The notes: generated from the sequence alone by a model not told the origin. 64,000 nucleotides of DNA from an uncultured Clostridia bacterium (GCA_947629985.1 CANRFV010000007.1:3439-67438), one strand, 5' to 3'; counted from the stretch's first letter, positions 49,238 to 59,303 are shown. A program made the numbers and translations.

Positions 49238-49864
49238 ATGGCAAGAAATACAGGTGCAGATTGCCGTCAATGCAGACGTGAAAAATGCAAATTGTTTCTT
49301 AAAGGCGATAGATGCTACACCGAAAAATGCGCTTTTACAAAACGCGGTAAGATCCCCGGTGTACACGCCGACAGCAGAAAGAAAACCACAGAATACGGTC
49401 TCCAATTGAGAGAAAAGCAAAAGACCAAACGTATTTACGGTTTGCAAGAAAAGCAATTCCACAAATATTACGAAGAGGCGGAACGTCAAAAGGGCGTAAC
49501 AGGCGCCAATATGCTTATTTTGTTGGAACAGCGTCTTGACAACGTAGTATATCGTATGGGCTTGGGCGCGTCTCGCAGTCAGGCAAGACAGTTTGTCAAC
49601 CACGGTTTGATCACCGTCAACGGCAAACGCGTAACAATTCCCAGTTTTCAGGTAAAGGTTGGCGATGTTATTTCCGTTAAGGACAACAAACGCGAACAAC
49701 CCTTGTTTGCGGAACTCAAACAAGCCAAAAAACCGGCAAATCTTCCCCAATGGTTAGATTTCGAACCTGCCGAACTGACAGGTAAAGTGCTTGCTAAACC
49801 CGTAAGAGAAGATATCGACATGAATATCCAGGAACATATGATTGTCGAATTGTACTCCAAGTAA
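49238..49864 (+). CDS. rpsD: 30S ribosomal protein S4
   Basis: [25 protein letters not shown]. Confidence 0.98.
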   Translation: MARNTGADCRQCRREKCKLFLKGDRCYTEKCAFTKRGKIPGVHADSRKKTTEYGLQLREKQKTKRIYGLQEKQFHKYYEEAERQKGVTGANMLILLEQRLDNVVYRMGLGASRSQARQFVNHGLITVNGKRVTIPSFQVKVGDVISVKDNKREQPLFAELKQAKKPANLPQWLDFEPAELTGKVLAKPVREDIDMNIQEHMIVELYSK

Positions 49865-49950
49865 CAGCAACACGTTGCAACACAGGTTGCATCAACTGCA
49901 CGGTTTGGTGCGGTACTTATTAAATTTAATATAAAGGAGATTGTTGTCCA

Positions 49951-50922
49951 ATGATGGAAATAGAAAAGCCGGTTATGACAGTTGAAGAAAGCGGACAGAA
50001 CGCCAGCGTCATCAAGATTGTGGCAGAGCCATTGGAAAGGGGCTACGGTATAACGCTCGGCAACGCCTTGCGTCGCGTGCTTCTTGCGGCATTGCCCGGC
50101 GTAGCGGTAGTTGGTCTGCGCATCGAGGGTATTCAGCACGAATTTTCAACGGTTCCCGGCGTCAAAGAAGACGTAACGGACATTATCCTTAACATCAAAC
50201 GCCTTGCGTTAAGATCGGATAATGAAGACAATGATTTCAGAAAGACAATATCAATAAACAAAGTCGGTCCCTGCGAAGTACACGCGGAAGACATCATTAC
50301 CGACAGCGAAGTGGAAGTTTTGAACCCCGAACTGTATATTTGCACCCTTGAAGAAGGCGCGTCGCTCAATTGCGAACTGTACGTTGCCCGCGGCTGCGGA
50401 TATTACTCCGTAGAAAAGAACAAGGAACGCAACAGAGAGTTGAAACTTAACTACCCCATCGGTTACATAACCATCGATTCGGTTTTCGGCCCCGTAAAAA
50501 AGGCAAGTTACACGGTAGAAAGCGCCCGCGTCGGTCAGGATATCACCCGCGACAAACTTACGTTGGAAGTGGAAACAAACGGCGCGTTTTCCGGCAGAGA
50601 GATCGTTTCTTTGGCGGCGCGCATTATCGAAGACCACATCAAAATGTTTGTTGATTTGTCCGAAAATTTCAACAGGGATATACTTATCCCCCGCGAAAGC
50701 GACAACCACAAAAAAGTTTTGGAAATGAACATCGACGATATGGATCTGTCCGTACGCTCGTACAACTGCTTAAAGCGCGCGGGTATCCAAACGGTCGAAG
50801 ACCTTACTCGCCGTACCGAAGACGATATGCTCAAAGTACGCAACCTTGGCAGAAAATCGCTTGATGAAGTAATAGCCAAACTTGAAAGTTACGGTCTGTC
50901 TTTGAAAAATAAGGATGAATAG
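49951..50922 (+). CDS. rpoA: RNA polymerase alpha subunit
   Basis: EPLERGYGITLGNALRR, LSVRSYNCLKRA. Confidence 0.98.
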   Translation: MMEIEKPVMTVEESGQNASVIKIVAEPLERGYGITLGNALRRVLLAALPGVAVVGLRIEGIQHEFSTVPGVKEDVTDIILNIKRLALRSDNEDNDFRKTISINKVGPCEVHAEDIITDSEVEVLNPELYICTLEEGASLNCELYVARGCGYYSVEKNKERNRELKLNYPIGYITIDSVFGPVKKASYTVESARVGQDITRDKLTLEVETNGAFSGREIVSLAARIIEDHIKMFVDLSENFNRDILIPRESDNHKKVLEMNIDDMDLSVRSYNCLKRAGIQTVEDLTRRTEDDMLKVRNLGRKSLDEVIAKLESYGLSLKNKDE

Positions 50923-50934
50923 GAGAAAGACAAT

Positions 50935-51438
50935 ATGGCAAGAAAACTATCTAAACCCACAGACGCAAGACTTGCTCTGTTAAAAAACCAAGTTTCTCAA
51001 TTGTTGTGGAACGGCAAACTTGAAACTACCGAAGCGCGCGCCAAGGAAGTTCAAAAACTTGCCGAAAAATACATTACCATTGCAGTAAACGCATACAAAG
51101 ATACTGTCGAAGTGGAAAAAGTAAAAATCGTCAACGGCAAGGAAACCAAAGTTACCGTTATCAACGACGGACCCAAAAAACTCGCCGCAAGGCGCAGACT
51201 TATGGCTAACTTGGCAGACTTGCAGGAGACGCGCCGTCCCAAGGAAAGCGCAACCGAATACAAAGTGCGCACCAAGACGGTAAAACATCCCCTTATCGAA
51301 AAGATGTTCAACGATTACGCTCCCAAGTTCGACAAACAGGCGGAAGAAAGCGGTCAAAAGGGCGGCTATACGGCAGTCTACAAGATGAACGCACGTCGCG
51401 GCGACGGCGCCGAAATGGCACTTGTTGTTGTTTTGTAA
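50935..51438 (+). CDS. rplQ: 50S ribosomal protein L17 (long form with insertions)
   Basis: ETTEARAKE, GGYT, RRGDGAEMA. Confidence 0.95.
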   Translation: MARKLSKPTDARLALLKNQVSQLLWNGKLETTEARAKEVQKLAEKYITIAVNAYKDTVEVEKVKIVNGKETKVTVINDGPKKLAARRRLMANLADLQETRRPKESATEYKVRTKTVKHPLIEKMFNDYAPKFDKQAEESGQKGGYTAVYKMNARRGDGAEMALVVVL

Positions 51439-51469
51439 TCGCAACTGCAGTAGAGTAACGCTTTTTGCT

Positions 51470-51488
51470 CCGACCACACGTGCGTCGG
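51470..51488 (+). repeat. REP-like hairpin copy
   Basis: CCGACCACACGTGCGTCGG, identical to copies at 4227 and 11457. Confidence 0.85.
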
Positions 51489-51539
51489 TCGATTGCTTGC
51501 TGCTGCGCTAACGCGAGCGCAATCGACGGCATAATTACT

Positions 51540-51587
51540 AAAATAAAACAGTCAATCTCGGTATAAGATTGGCTGTTTTTTATTTTG
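51540..51587 (+). terminator. Terminator of the ribosomal cluster
   Basis: AAAACAGTCAATCT-CGGTATA-AGATTGGCTGTTTT plus T-rich tail. Confidence 0.8.
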
Positions 51588-51845
51588 TTTGTTACATATA
51601 TTGCCGCGCTATCGCGCCGCCGCAGTCGGACTTGGGAGTTGCGCGTGAACGCACGCGCGGCATTGTTTAGACTTTCGGTGGGGAGTCGCATACCCCACCA
51701 ACCCCCGCAAGGTCGCAAACTTCGGCACCGGTCCGTAGTTTGCGGTAGTTTAATTTGAACAACTATTGATTTGATTTAGTTGATTTATTAACTACTTAGT
51801 TTAATGCTTAGCGTATTTTCAATAAATAGGTGTATCCCGCCCCCT

Positions 51846-52405
51846 GTTAGGTGCGGCATACTCGTTGCAGATTATTTTGCAGTGGATACACTCGCTCGGC
51901 GGGTTACAAGGTTGGGTTTAATTAGTACTACTTGTTGCGTGTATGCACTTGTTGCAGATTATTTTGAGTCGCGACGCACTCGGCTCCGAGTGAGAACAAG
52001 GTAGTATTTTAATTAAAACTTTTTGTTGATAGTGTAAATGCAACAGCACTCGCGCCATAAAAAATAATATTTTGCGCGGCATACTCGTTGCAGATTATTT
52101 TGCAGTGGATACACTCGCTCAGCGGGATTACAAGGTTGGGTTTAATTAGTACTACTTGTTGCGTGTATGCACTTGTTGCAGATTATTTTGAGTTGCGACG
52201 CACTCGGCTCCAAGTGAGAACAAGGTAGTATTTTAATTAAAAACTTGTTTGTTGATTGTATGAATGCAACAGCGCTCGCACTTTAAGCAATAAAGATATA
52301 ATGCGGCAGCGCACTCGTTGCAGATTGTTTTGCCGTAAACACACTCGCGTTGCGAGATTACAATGTTGGGGTTAATTGGGACTGCTTGTTGCTCGTATAA
52401 ATTTG
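51846..52405 (+). repeat. Tandem array of ~2.5 copies of a ~225-bp unit
   Basis: Units start at 51853, 52076 and 52303; ACTYGTTGCAGATTRTTTTG at 51860, 51947, 52083, 52171, 52313. Confidence 0.9.
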
Positions 52406-52419
52406 CCGCGCGGGCGCAA

Positions 52420-52590
52420 ATCGATAGTTTAGTTGGAAAACCATTTCAGCACCTTTATCTTGTTGTTCTTCTCTTCAATAAACCCGTTTGTGTACGATGT
52501 ATCCGGCGAGTCGATTACGTACCCCAACCAAATTTCAAACGCTCTTATACATTCTCCAAATTTCGGTATGTTGCTTTTTTTTGCTATCGC
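52420..52590 (-). pseudogene. ISL3-family transposase C-terminal remnant
   Basis: Minus strand reads PKFGECIRAFEIWLGYVIDSPDTSYTNGFIEEKNNKIKVLKW then stop; resembles the ISL3 TNG..EG.NNKIK.LKR motif. Confidence 0.7.
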
Positions 52591-52679
52591 TATTTAATTG
52601 TTAATGTCAAGTGTTTGAAAACCAACGATGAGAGAACCGTACACAGCAAAAACTTAACAGCAATATCATCGAAATTCGC

Positions 52680-52708
52680 TTGACAGTATGTTTTAATTAT
52701 GCTAACAT
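52680..52708 (+). promoter_or_regulatory. Promoter of metNIQ leader
   Basis: TTGACA-17 bp-TAACAT with TG extension. Confidence 0.75.
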
Positions 52709-52737
52709 TGAGAGCAAGAAAAAGGCAAGAAAAAATT

Positions 52738-52821
52738 ATGTTGCAAATAAAATTCGCAAATCAAATAATGTGCATGTGCAAGAACCGAGCAAAGAAGCGC
52801 GGCTTTTGTGTTATGCTTTGA
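52738..52821 (+). CDS. Putative Met/Cys-rich leader peptide (27 aa)
   Basis: MLQIKFANQIMCMCKNRAKKRGFCVML*; ATG-TGC-ATG-TGC at 52768-52779. Confidence 0.6.
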   Translation: MLQIKFANQIMCMCKNRAKKRGFCVML

Positions 52822-52880
52822 CAAGCGACCAAAAACAACTTCTTCGCTCGGACTTTTACAGTCCGGGCGATTTTTTATTT
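52785..52880 (+). terminator. Attenuator: antiterminator (52785-52797/52839-52851) overlapping terminator (52844-52880)
   Basis: CCGAGCAAAGAAG pairs 12/13 with CTTCTTCGCTCGG; TCGCTCGGACT-TTTAC-AGTCCGGGCGA-TTTTTTATTT. Confidence 0.75.
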
Positions 52881-52895
52881 CGGGAGTAAAAACAA

Positions 52896-53882
52896 ATGAT
52901 AGAATTCAGACATTTGAGAAAAGAATATCCCGCTGCAAACGGGACGCTCGTCGCGCTTGACGACATAAACCTTTCGATAGAAAACGGAGTCATATACGGC
53001 ATAATAGGTTTGTCGGGAGCGGGCAAAAGCACTTTGGTGCGGTGCATCAATTTGCTTGAACGTCCTACGGCGGGCGAGATCGTAATCGACGGAGAAGATC
53101 TCGTCAAGGCGAGCGGCAAGCGGTTGCGAGAGATACGTCGAAATATCGGCATGATATTTCAAGGCTTCAATCTTTTGGAACAGCGCACAGTGGAAGCGAA
53201 CGTGCGATTTCCGCTCGAACTTGTCAAAACGCCCAAGGAACAAGCAAATCGGCGCATAGACGAATTGCTTAGGTTAGTGGGGTTGCAAGACAAAGCAAAG
53301 GCATATCCGTCGCAAATTTCGGGCGGACAAAAGCAACGCGTTGCCATAGCGCGAGCGCTCGCCACCGGTCCCAAATATCTGCTTTGCGACGAGGCAACGA
53401 GTGCGCTCGACCCCAATACGACCAATTCCATTTTGGAACTGCTCAAAGACATAAATCGCAAGTTGGGCGTTACGATAGTTATAATAACGCACGAGATGAA
53501 GGTGGTGGAGAGCATTTGTTCGTATGTGGCGGTAATAGACAAAAGCAAGATAGTCGAGCACGGCAAAGTGGCGGAACTGTTTTCGTGCCCCAAGTCGGAA
53601 ATAGCCAAAGAACTGATTTTGCCGGGGCTTATTCGTTCCGAAAGTACGCCGGGCAACAAACTGAGATTGATTTTCGACGGGAGCGTAACCGACAAGCCGC
53701 TCATATCCGCGCTTTCGCGGGAGTGCGGCGTAGAAGTCAACATTTTGTTTGCTGACACTAAGACGATCGACGGCAAGATATTCGGGCATATGGTTATAGC
53801 AATGCCGAATGACGATCGTGCCGTAGCCGAAATAAAATCATTTTTAGACAAAAACGGCGTTACATACAAGGAGGGAATATGA
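52896..53882 (+). CDS. metN: Methionine ABC transporter ATPase
   Basis: GLSGAGKS, ISGGQKQR, CDEATSALDP, C-terminal NIL-like domain. Confidence 0.93.
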   Translation: MIEFRHLRKEYPAANGTLVALDDINLSIENGVIYGIIGLSGAGKSTLVRCINLLERPTAGEIVIDGEDLVKASGKRLREIRRNIGMIFQGFNLLEQRTVEANVRFPLELVKTPKEQANRRIDELLRLVGLQDKAKAYPSQISGGQKQRVAIARALATGPKYLLCDEATSALDPNTTNSILELLKDINRKLGVTIVIITHEMKVVESICSYVAVIDKSKIVEHGKVAELFSCPKSEIAKELILPGLIRSESTPGNKLRLIFDGSVTDKPLISALSRECGVEVNILFADTKTIDGKIFGHMVIAMPNDDRAVAEIKSFLDKNGVTYKEGI

Positions 53883-54577
53883 GCGAATTACTAAAACAAC
53901 TGTTTCAAAGCGGAGAAATTTACAAGCATGCCTGGATCACGATATGGACGACCTTACTAAGCACATTTATCGCTTATCTTATAGGCTTGCCGATAGGCGT
54001 TCTGCTCAATGTAACAGACAAAGAAGGACTTCGTCCTTGCGTACCGTTAAACAGAGCGCTCGGGCTTATCGTCAATATTTTGCGAAGCATGCCCTTTGTA
54101 ATACTGATGGTGGCGTTTTTGCCGGTGGCGAAGTTCTTCGTAGGGTCAAGCACGGGCAACGCGGCAATGCTTGTTATGTTGATAATCGCGGCGGCTCCGT
54201 ATGTGGCTCGTCTTGTGGAGTCGTCTTTGAAAGAAGTGGACAGGGGCGTAATAGAAGCCGCCCGTTCGATGGGCGCGAGCGACCTTCAAATAATATTCAA
54301 AGTTTTCTTGCCTGAAGCCAAACCGTCCCTGATAGTGGGCGCGGTAATATCGACGGTAACGATACTCGGATATTCGGCTATGGCAAGCACGATAGGCGGC
54401 GACGGACTAGGCAAGGTGGCGATAATTTACGGACACCAAAGGTTCAACGAAGATATAATATGGGTTTGCGTGGCATTTACGGTTGTTATAGTGCAGATAA
54501 TTCAGGAAGTGGGAATATTTATAGCGCACAAAACGGACAAACGTATCAGAAAAATCAAAAAAAGGAGAGTTTTATAA
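53879..54577 (+). CDS. metI: Methionine ABC transporter permease
   Basis: NILRSMPFVIL, EAARSMGA, GYSAMA. Confidence 0.93.
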   Translation: MSELLKQLFQSGEIYKHAWITIWTTLLSTFIAYLIGLPIGVLLNVTDKEGLRPCVPLNRALGLIVNILRSMPFVILMVAFLPVAKFFVGSSTGNAAMLVMLIIAAAPYVARLVESSLKEVDRGVIEAARSMGASDLQIIFKVFLPEAKPSLIVGAVISTVTILGYSAMASTIGGDGLGKVAIIYGHQRFNEDIIWVCVAFTVVIVQIIQEVGIFIAHKTDKRIRKIKKRRVL

Positions 54578-54578
54578 A

Positions 54579-55418
54579 ATGAAAAAATTATTATTGACAT
54601 TACTCGGCATATCGCTTGTATTTGCGTTTTCATTAGGGGCGACGGCTTGTAACGTCGGCACTCCCGACAAGACAATTGTGGTGGGCGCAAGTTCCACTCC
54701 CCACGCCGAGATACTCGAAGCGATTCGCGAAGACTTGCGTAACGAAGGATTCGAACTGGATATTCGCATTTACGACGATTACGTGCTTCCCAACAAGTCG
54801 CTCGAAGACGGCGATCTTGACGCGAATTACTTCCAGCATACGCCTTATCTCGACGATTTCAATGCCAAAAACGGCACTCATATCGTTTCGGCGGGTAAGA
54901 TCCATTACGAACCGTTTGGAGTGTACGGCAAAAACGTAACAAAAGCGGACTTCGAGACTACCAAGACCGGACGCACCATATTTATTCCCGGCGACGGCTC
55001 CAACTGCACTCGAGCACTCTTCGTGCTTGCAGACAACGGCTATCTGACGCTTAAAGACGGCGTTTCGGCGTCCGACACGCTCAGCGACAAGGATATCGCC
55101 GACAACAAAGGAAACACTGTGATCCTTGTCGAAGCGTCCAATATTCCCGCACAACTCAACAATTCAAGCGACGGTACCATAGCGGTAATAAACGGCAATT
55201 ATGCGCTCGAAGCGGGGCTTAAAATATCCGACGCGCTTGCGGTGGAAAATGCGTCGGGCGAGGCGGCTCAGTTGTATGCCAACATTGTAGCCGTAAAGCA
55301 AGGCAACGAAAACAGCGCAAAGACAAAGGCCCTTTTAAAAGTGCTCAAAACCAAAAAAGTTTACGACTTTATTACCGAGCATTATAACGGAGCCGTTTCG
55401 CCTTCGTTTACCCTTTAA
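54579..55418 (+). CDS. metQ: Methionine ABC substrate-binding lipoprotein (MetQ/NlpA)
   Basis: PHAEILE, DYVLPN, DANYFQHTPYL, INGNYA. Confidence 0.93.
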   Translation: MKKLLLTLLGISLVFAFSLGATACNVGTPDKTIVVGASSTPHAEILEAIREDLRNEGFELDIRIYDDYVLPNKSLEDGDLDANYFQHTPYLDDFNAKNGTHIVSAGKIHYEPFGVYGKNVTKADFETTKTGRTIFIPGDGSNCTRALFVLADNGYLTLKDGVSASDTLSDKDIADNKGNTVILVEASNIPAQLNNSSDGTIAVINGNYALEAGLKISDALAVENASGEAAQLYANIVAVKQGNENSAKTKALLKVLKTKKVYDFITEHYNGAVSPSFTL

Positions 55419-55495
55419 TACAAAAACACTGCCTGAATTTAATAAATGCGTTTTATTGACGCATTGATAGCGAAAGGACGGCGGCACCGTCTTTT

Positions 55496-55536
55496 GCAAT
55501 AAAAATCCGCGCCTTCAAGACGCGGATTTTTATTGC
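55496..55536. terminator. Bidirectional terminator between metQ and bsh
   Basis: GCAATAAAAATCCGCG...CGCGGATTTTTATTGC. Confidence 0.8.
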
Positions 55537-55544
55537 GCAAACGA

Positions 55545-56516
55545 TCAGTTTTCCCAAGCGATTTGTTGGGCGGTACGCAGGGGGTAACTTGTCAATTGGG
55601 TGCCGTCCAAGTCGGTTTTGTGCATATTTACGGCGGTAATTTGTTGATTGTTGTAGGTCGTGTAATAGTAAATGCCTTTGTCGGTGTTGCAACAGGACGA
55701 GTAGATGGTGTATTCGTAGCCGTGTTCTACGCTACAAGCGCCTTTTTGTTGCGCCACGCTGCCCAAAATATGGAAAAATTGCGCCACGCTCGACGTTTCG
55801 TCGCCGTCGCACACCGAGTTGTTGAGCACAAATGCCGCTCGCACAAAGCGCGACGCCGACGACAGATCGCCCGGCAACCCAAATCCGCCCGCGCCGCGGC
55901 TGTACGCCGTTATGTCGATATTCGGGGCAAAGCGGTTGTTTGCAATTTGGCGCGTTGCGCCCATATAGTGCGACAGGTTAAGCAAATGGAAGTCAAACGT
56001 GGGGCTGTTGGTCATTACGTTTACGGGGTTGTCGTAAACGGCAAGTCCGTTGACGGTGCTTTCCACAACGATAGACTGCGTTTTGTCTGCAATATGCCAA
56101 TGCAGCGGCGACGCGGGCAGTTGATCGCTGAAATTTATTGCCGCAATGTTTACATTGCGCAACAGTTCGCGCGCTTGTTGTACGGTGGCGCATTGCGCAA
56201 GTATCCAAGGGATAAATTCAAACGGAGCGACGTTTATTTTGTCCGCCGCGGGCGGCGTGTAGTGTGCAAATTGCGGAAAGTTAAGTCCCGCAACGCTAAG
56301 CCCCTTTTCGTTGGTAGCGTCGTAGTACAGCGGATAGTTTTGCTGAACAAACGCCATACCTATCATTGCGTAGTGCGTTTGTATTGTGTCCGCCATGCGC
56401 AGGGCAAGCGGATAGTTGCGCGGCGTTACGGTAACCGTTTCGTTGTAACTGAATTCGTAATCGAGATTGCGCCCGAAATAATGGTCGGCGCTGTTAAATG
56501 ATGCAGATGTACACAT
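55545..56516 (-). CDS. bsh: Choloylglycine hydrolase (bile salt hydrolase/penicillin V acylase family)
   Basis: N-terminal nucleophile MCT..., YFGRNLDYE, NEKGL, MTNSP, GLPGDLSSASRFVRA. Confidence 0.88.
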   Translation of the reverse strand: MCTSASFNSADHYFGRNLDYEFSYNETVTVTPRNYPLALRMADTIQTHYAMIGMAFVQQNYPLYYDATNEKGLSVAGLNFPQFAHYTPPAADKINVAPFEFIPWILAQCATVQQARELLRNVNIAAINFSDQLPASPLHWHIADKTQSIVVESTVNGLAVYDNPVNVMTNSPTFDFHLLNLSHYMGATRQIANNRFAPNIDITAYSRGAGGFGLPGDLSSASRFVRAAFVLNNSVCDGDETSSVAQFFHILGSVAQQKGACSVEHGYEYTIYSSCCNTDKGIYYYTTYNNQQITAVNMHKTDLDGTQLTSYPLRTAQQIAWEN

Positions 56517-56993
56517 TTTTGTAACCGTCCTTGTGTTAATGTCGGTAAGTATTATAACCTGTTTTGCGGATATTTGCAATACCCGATTTGTACAACGGCA
56601 ATTTCGTAATGAGATTTGTATGCGCGCGGTATATCGGTGCGGCAAGGCGTCCATGCGCGTTTATCATTGCGCGCAGCGTAACATTGCCGTCAGATGTGCG
56701 TCGTTACAGCGCACACGTCTGTTTTGTCGCAACTTCGTACAGTGTGCAGTCTCGCCCACCCCGCGCAAAAAACTCACAAGGGCAAACGCTTTGGCGGCCG
56801 CCGCAATGGTTGCAGTCAGTTATGCGCCTGCCCCGCGCGAAAAACATACTATCTCGCCCGAATGGGACAAGGCGTCGCTTCCCGTCTCGCCTGCGCCCGC
56901 CCGCGCAAAAATATATTTGTTGCAAAACGTGCATACTACCGATATTTGTGATACAATACAGGCAAGCGATTTGTGCCTGTAACAGGGGGCAAA

Positions 56994-57455
56994 ATGAGCA
57001 AAAATTTACCTGTTTGCGTGGCGTTGGCGTTTTTGTGCGTCGCGTCCGTATTGATGGGAGATGCGGCAATGCAAGTACAGGGCGGCAAACTAAGCAGCGA
57101 CAACGGCAATCCCTTTGTGGTATTTACAAGCGCGCAACAGTTGCGCGAGTATTCTCGGCAGCACAAGGGCGACTTTTTTAACCTTTCCGCGCGGCAGTGC
57201 GCCAAGTATACCGACGAATTTTTTGCCGAAAGCGCGTTGGTTATGTTTTTGACCGACGGAATGAGCGGCAGTATCAAGGTAAAGTGCGAAGGTTACGCGT
57301 TTTCCGACGGCAAACTGCTCGTAACCGTGCGCGAAAGCAGTCCGCCAATGCACACAATGGACCTTAAATACAACGTGCTTACCGTTGCCGTTCCGCAAGA
57401 TATCGCACGCAAAATCACATCGGTTGCAATACGCAGTTATCGTGTGGATATCTGA
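56994..57455 (+). CDS. Hypothetical exported protein (possible PrcB C-terminal-like domain)
   Basis: Hydrophobic N-terminus; SGS...DGKLLVTV..SP..TMD pattern. Confidence 0.5.
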   Translation: MSKNLPVCVALAFLCVASVLMGDAAMQVQGGKLSSDNGNPFVVFTSAQQLREYSRQHKGDFFNLSARQCAKYTDEFFAESALVMFLTDGMSGSIKVKCEGYAFSDGKLLVTVRESSPPMHTMDLKYNVLTVAVPQDIARKITSVAIRSYRVDI

Positions 57456-57717
57456 CCGCGCACAAATTGGGCGTTGGCGCCGGTTGCCGTCGTCGGTTGT
57501 TGCGTTGGCATACCGCCGTGCGCTTACAAAACATATCGTCGCGCAATCGTCGTGCGCGTAACGGGCGGTAATTTGCGGCAGGGCGCGTGTTGTATTTCCG
57601 CGGGCGCAGGGGTCGTATGCGGCAATATGGGCGCAAATCAAGCGCGATTTGCGCAAACAATAGACAAAAAATCGGTAATGTGCAATAATATGTTTGTAAC
57701 AAATTTCGGAGATAATT

Positions 57718-58869
57718 ATGAAAGTAACAAATGACATTTTTTACGTGGGCGTAAACGACCGCGAAATAGACCTATTCGAAGGGCAGTACGTTGTTCCCAA
57801 CGGCATGGCGTACAACAGTTATGTAATAGCGGACGACAAAGTTGCCGTTATGGACACCGTCGACGCGCGCTTTTCCGCGCAGTGGCTGGGCAACATCGAG
57901 CGCGTTTTGGGCGATCGCAAGCCCGATTACCTTATTATTCAGCACGTCGAACCCGACCATTCATCCGGCATAGCCGATTTTGTCGCGCGCTATCCCGACG
58001 TTACGGTTGTTGCCAATGCCAAGGCGTGGCTACTCATCAACAACTTTTACGGCGCGCAATTGTGCGGCAATCGCATTACGCTGAACGACGGCGATTCGCT
58101 TTGCTTGGGCGCGCACACTCTTACATTTATTTTTGCGCCTATGGTGCATTGGCCGGAAGTTACCGTTACGTACGACAGCGCCGACAAGGTGTTGTTTTCC
58201 GCCGACGGCTTTGGCAAATTCGGCGCATTGGACGCGGACGAAGATTGGGATTGCGAAGCGCGCAGATATTACTTCGGCATAGTGGGCAAGTACGGCGTAT
58301 CGGTGCAGGCGTTGCTCAAAAAAGCCGCCGCGCTGGATATTGACATTATCTGCCCCTTGCACGGACCTGTTTTGCGCGAAAATCTCGGCTATTACCTTAA
58401 TTTATACAATATTTGGTCGTCCTACGGCGTGGAAAGCGACGGCGTGATGATCGCGTACACTTCGGTATACGGGCACACCAAGGCGGCGGCGGAATATCTT
58501 GCCGAGCGCCTTAAAGACAACGGTTGCGCCAAAGTGGTGCTGTGCGACCTTGCTCGCAGCGATATGGCGGAAGCGGTAGAGGACGCTTTTCGTTACGGCA
58601 AATTGGTGTTGGCGTCCACAACGTACAACGCGTCGGTATTTCCCTTTATGCACGATTTTGTCGATCGCCTTGCAGAACACAATTACCAAAACCGTACCGT
58701 TGCCGTCATCGAAAACGGCAGTTGGGCGCCCATGGCAGCAAAGGCGATAACGGGCGTGCTTGCCCCTTGCAAAAATATCAATTGGGCGGGCACGGTTACC
58801 ATAATGTCGGCGCTTACCCGGCAAAATTTGGAGCAACTTGACGCGCTTGCGGCAACTTTGTGCAAATAA
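57718..58869 (+). CDS. fprA: FprA family A-type flavoprotein (flavodiiron)
   Basis: YNSY, HVEPDHS, MVHWPE, SADGFG, PLHGP, YTSVYGHT. Confidence 0.93.
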   Translation: MKVTNDIFYVGVNDREIDLFEGQYVVPNGMAYNSYVIADDKVAVMDTVDARFSAQWLGNIERVLGDRKPDYLIIQHVEPDHSSGIADFVARYPDVTVVANAKAWLLINNFYGAQLCGNRITLNDGDSLCLGAHTLTFIFAPMVHWPEVTVTYDSADKVLFSADGFGKFGALDADEDWDCEARRYYFGIVGKYGVSVQALLKKAAALDIDIICPLHGPVLRENLGYYLNLYNIWSSYGVESDGVMIAYTSVYGHTKAAAEYLAERLKDNGCAKVVLCDLARSDMAEAVEDAFRYGKLVLASTTYNASVFPFMHDFVDRLAEHNYQNRTVAVIENGSWAPMAAKAITGVLAPCKNINWAGTVTIMSALTRQNLEQLDALAATLCK

Positions 58870-59270
58870 CGCATGTTTACGTTGCAATTGCGGCTGTTGG
58901 GGCATATTATATACGCAATTTGTTGCAACGCGTCTGCAATACTCGGATATTTGTATTCAAGTCGGCAATTTGCGTAAATAATGCCGCAATCCAATGTCGC
59001 TTGGGCGGATAATTTTGCCGCATACGGCAATTCGGCACGCGGTATCATTGCATATCGACAACAAACCAAGTTTTGTAAACAGATATTCGCACCCGAGAGC
59101 CGAACGCGCAATAAATAAGTTGCGAAGTATTCCAAATGGAAGCACATCGGCAAATTTCAATGCAATTACGATAAATCAAATGTAACGCCGCTACATTCCG
59201 ATAGAACATCGATAAAAAACATCGCAGAATTAAAAGTACGAAAACAAAAATTAATAACTTTTTACACACA

Positions 59271-59303
59271 AAAACCGCTTTCCCGTATTGGGAGAGCGGT
59301 TTT
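59271..59303. terminator. Rho-independent terminator-like hairpin
   Basis: AAAACCGCTTTCCC-GTATT-GGGAGAGCGGTTTT. Confidence 0.7.

Noticed and set aside
50935-51438. bL17 insertions as a novelty
   Set aside because: Long bL17 forms with similar inserts are familiar from other Clostridia.
51675-51745. c-di-GMP-I riboswitch
   Set aside because: Only a GCAAA fragment and hairpins; the two-stem consensus is absent and no gene follows directly.
51846-52405. CRISPR array
   Set aside because: Inter-repeat segments are themselves repeated, unit lengths are far above CRISPR norms, and no cas genes are present.
52710-52895. SAM-I riboswitch or Met T-box
   Set aside because: No ATCAAGAG/GCAACC/GTGC core and no AGGTGGTACCGCG-like T-box visible; leader is short for a T-box.
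58870-59270. Coding gene downstream of fprA
   Set aside because: Short overlapping ORFs without an RBS or convincing motif.
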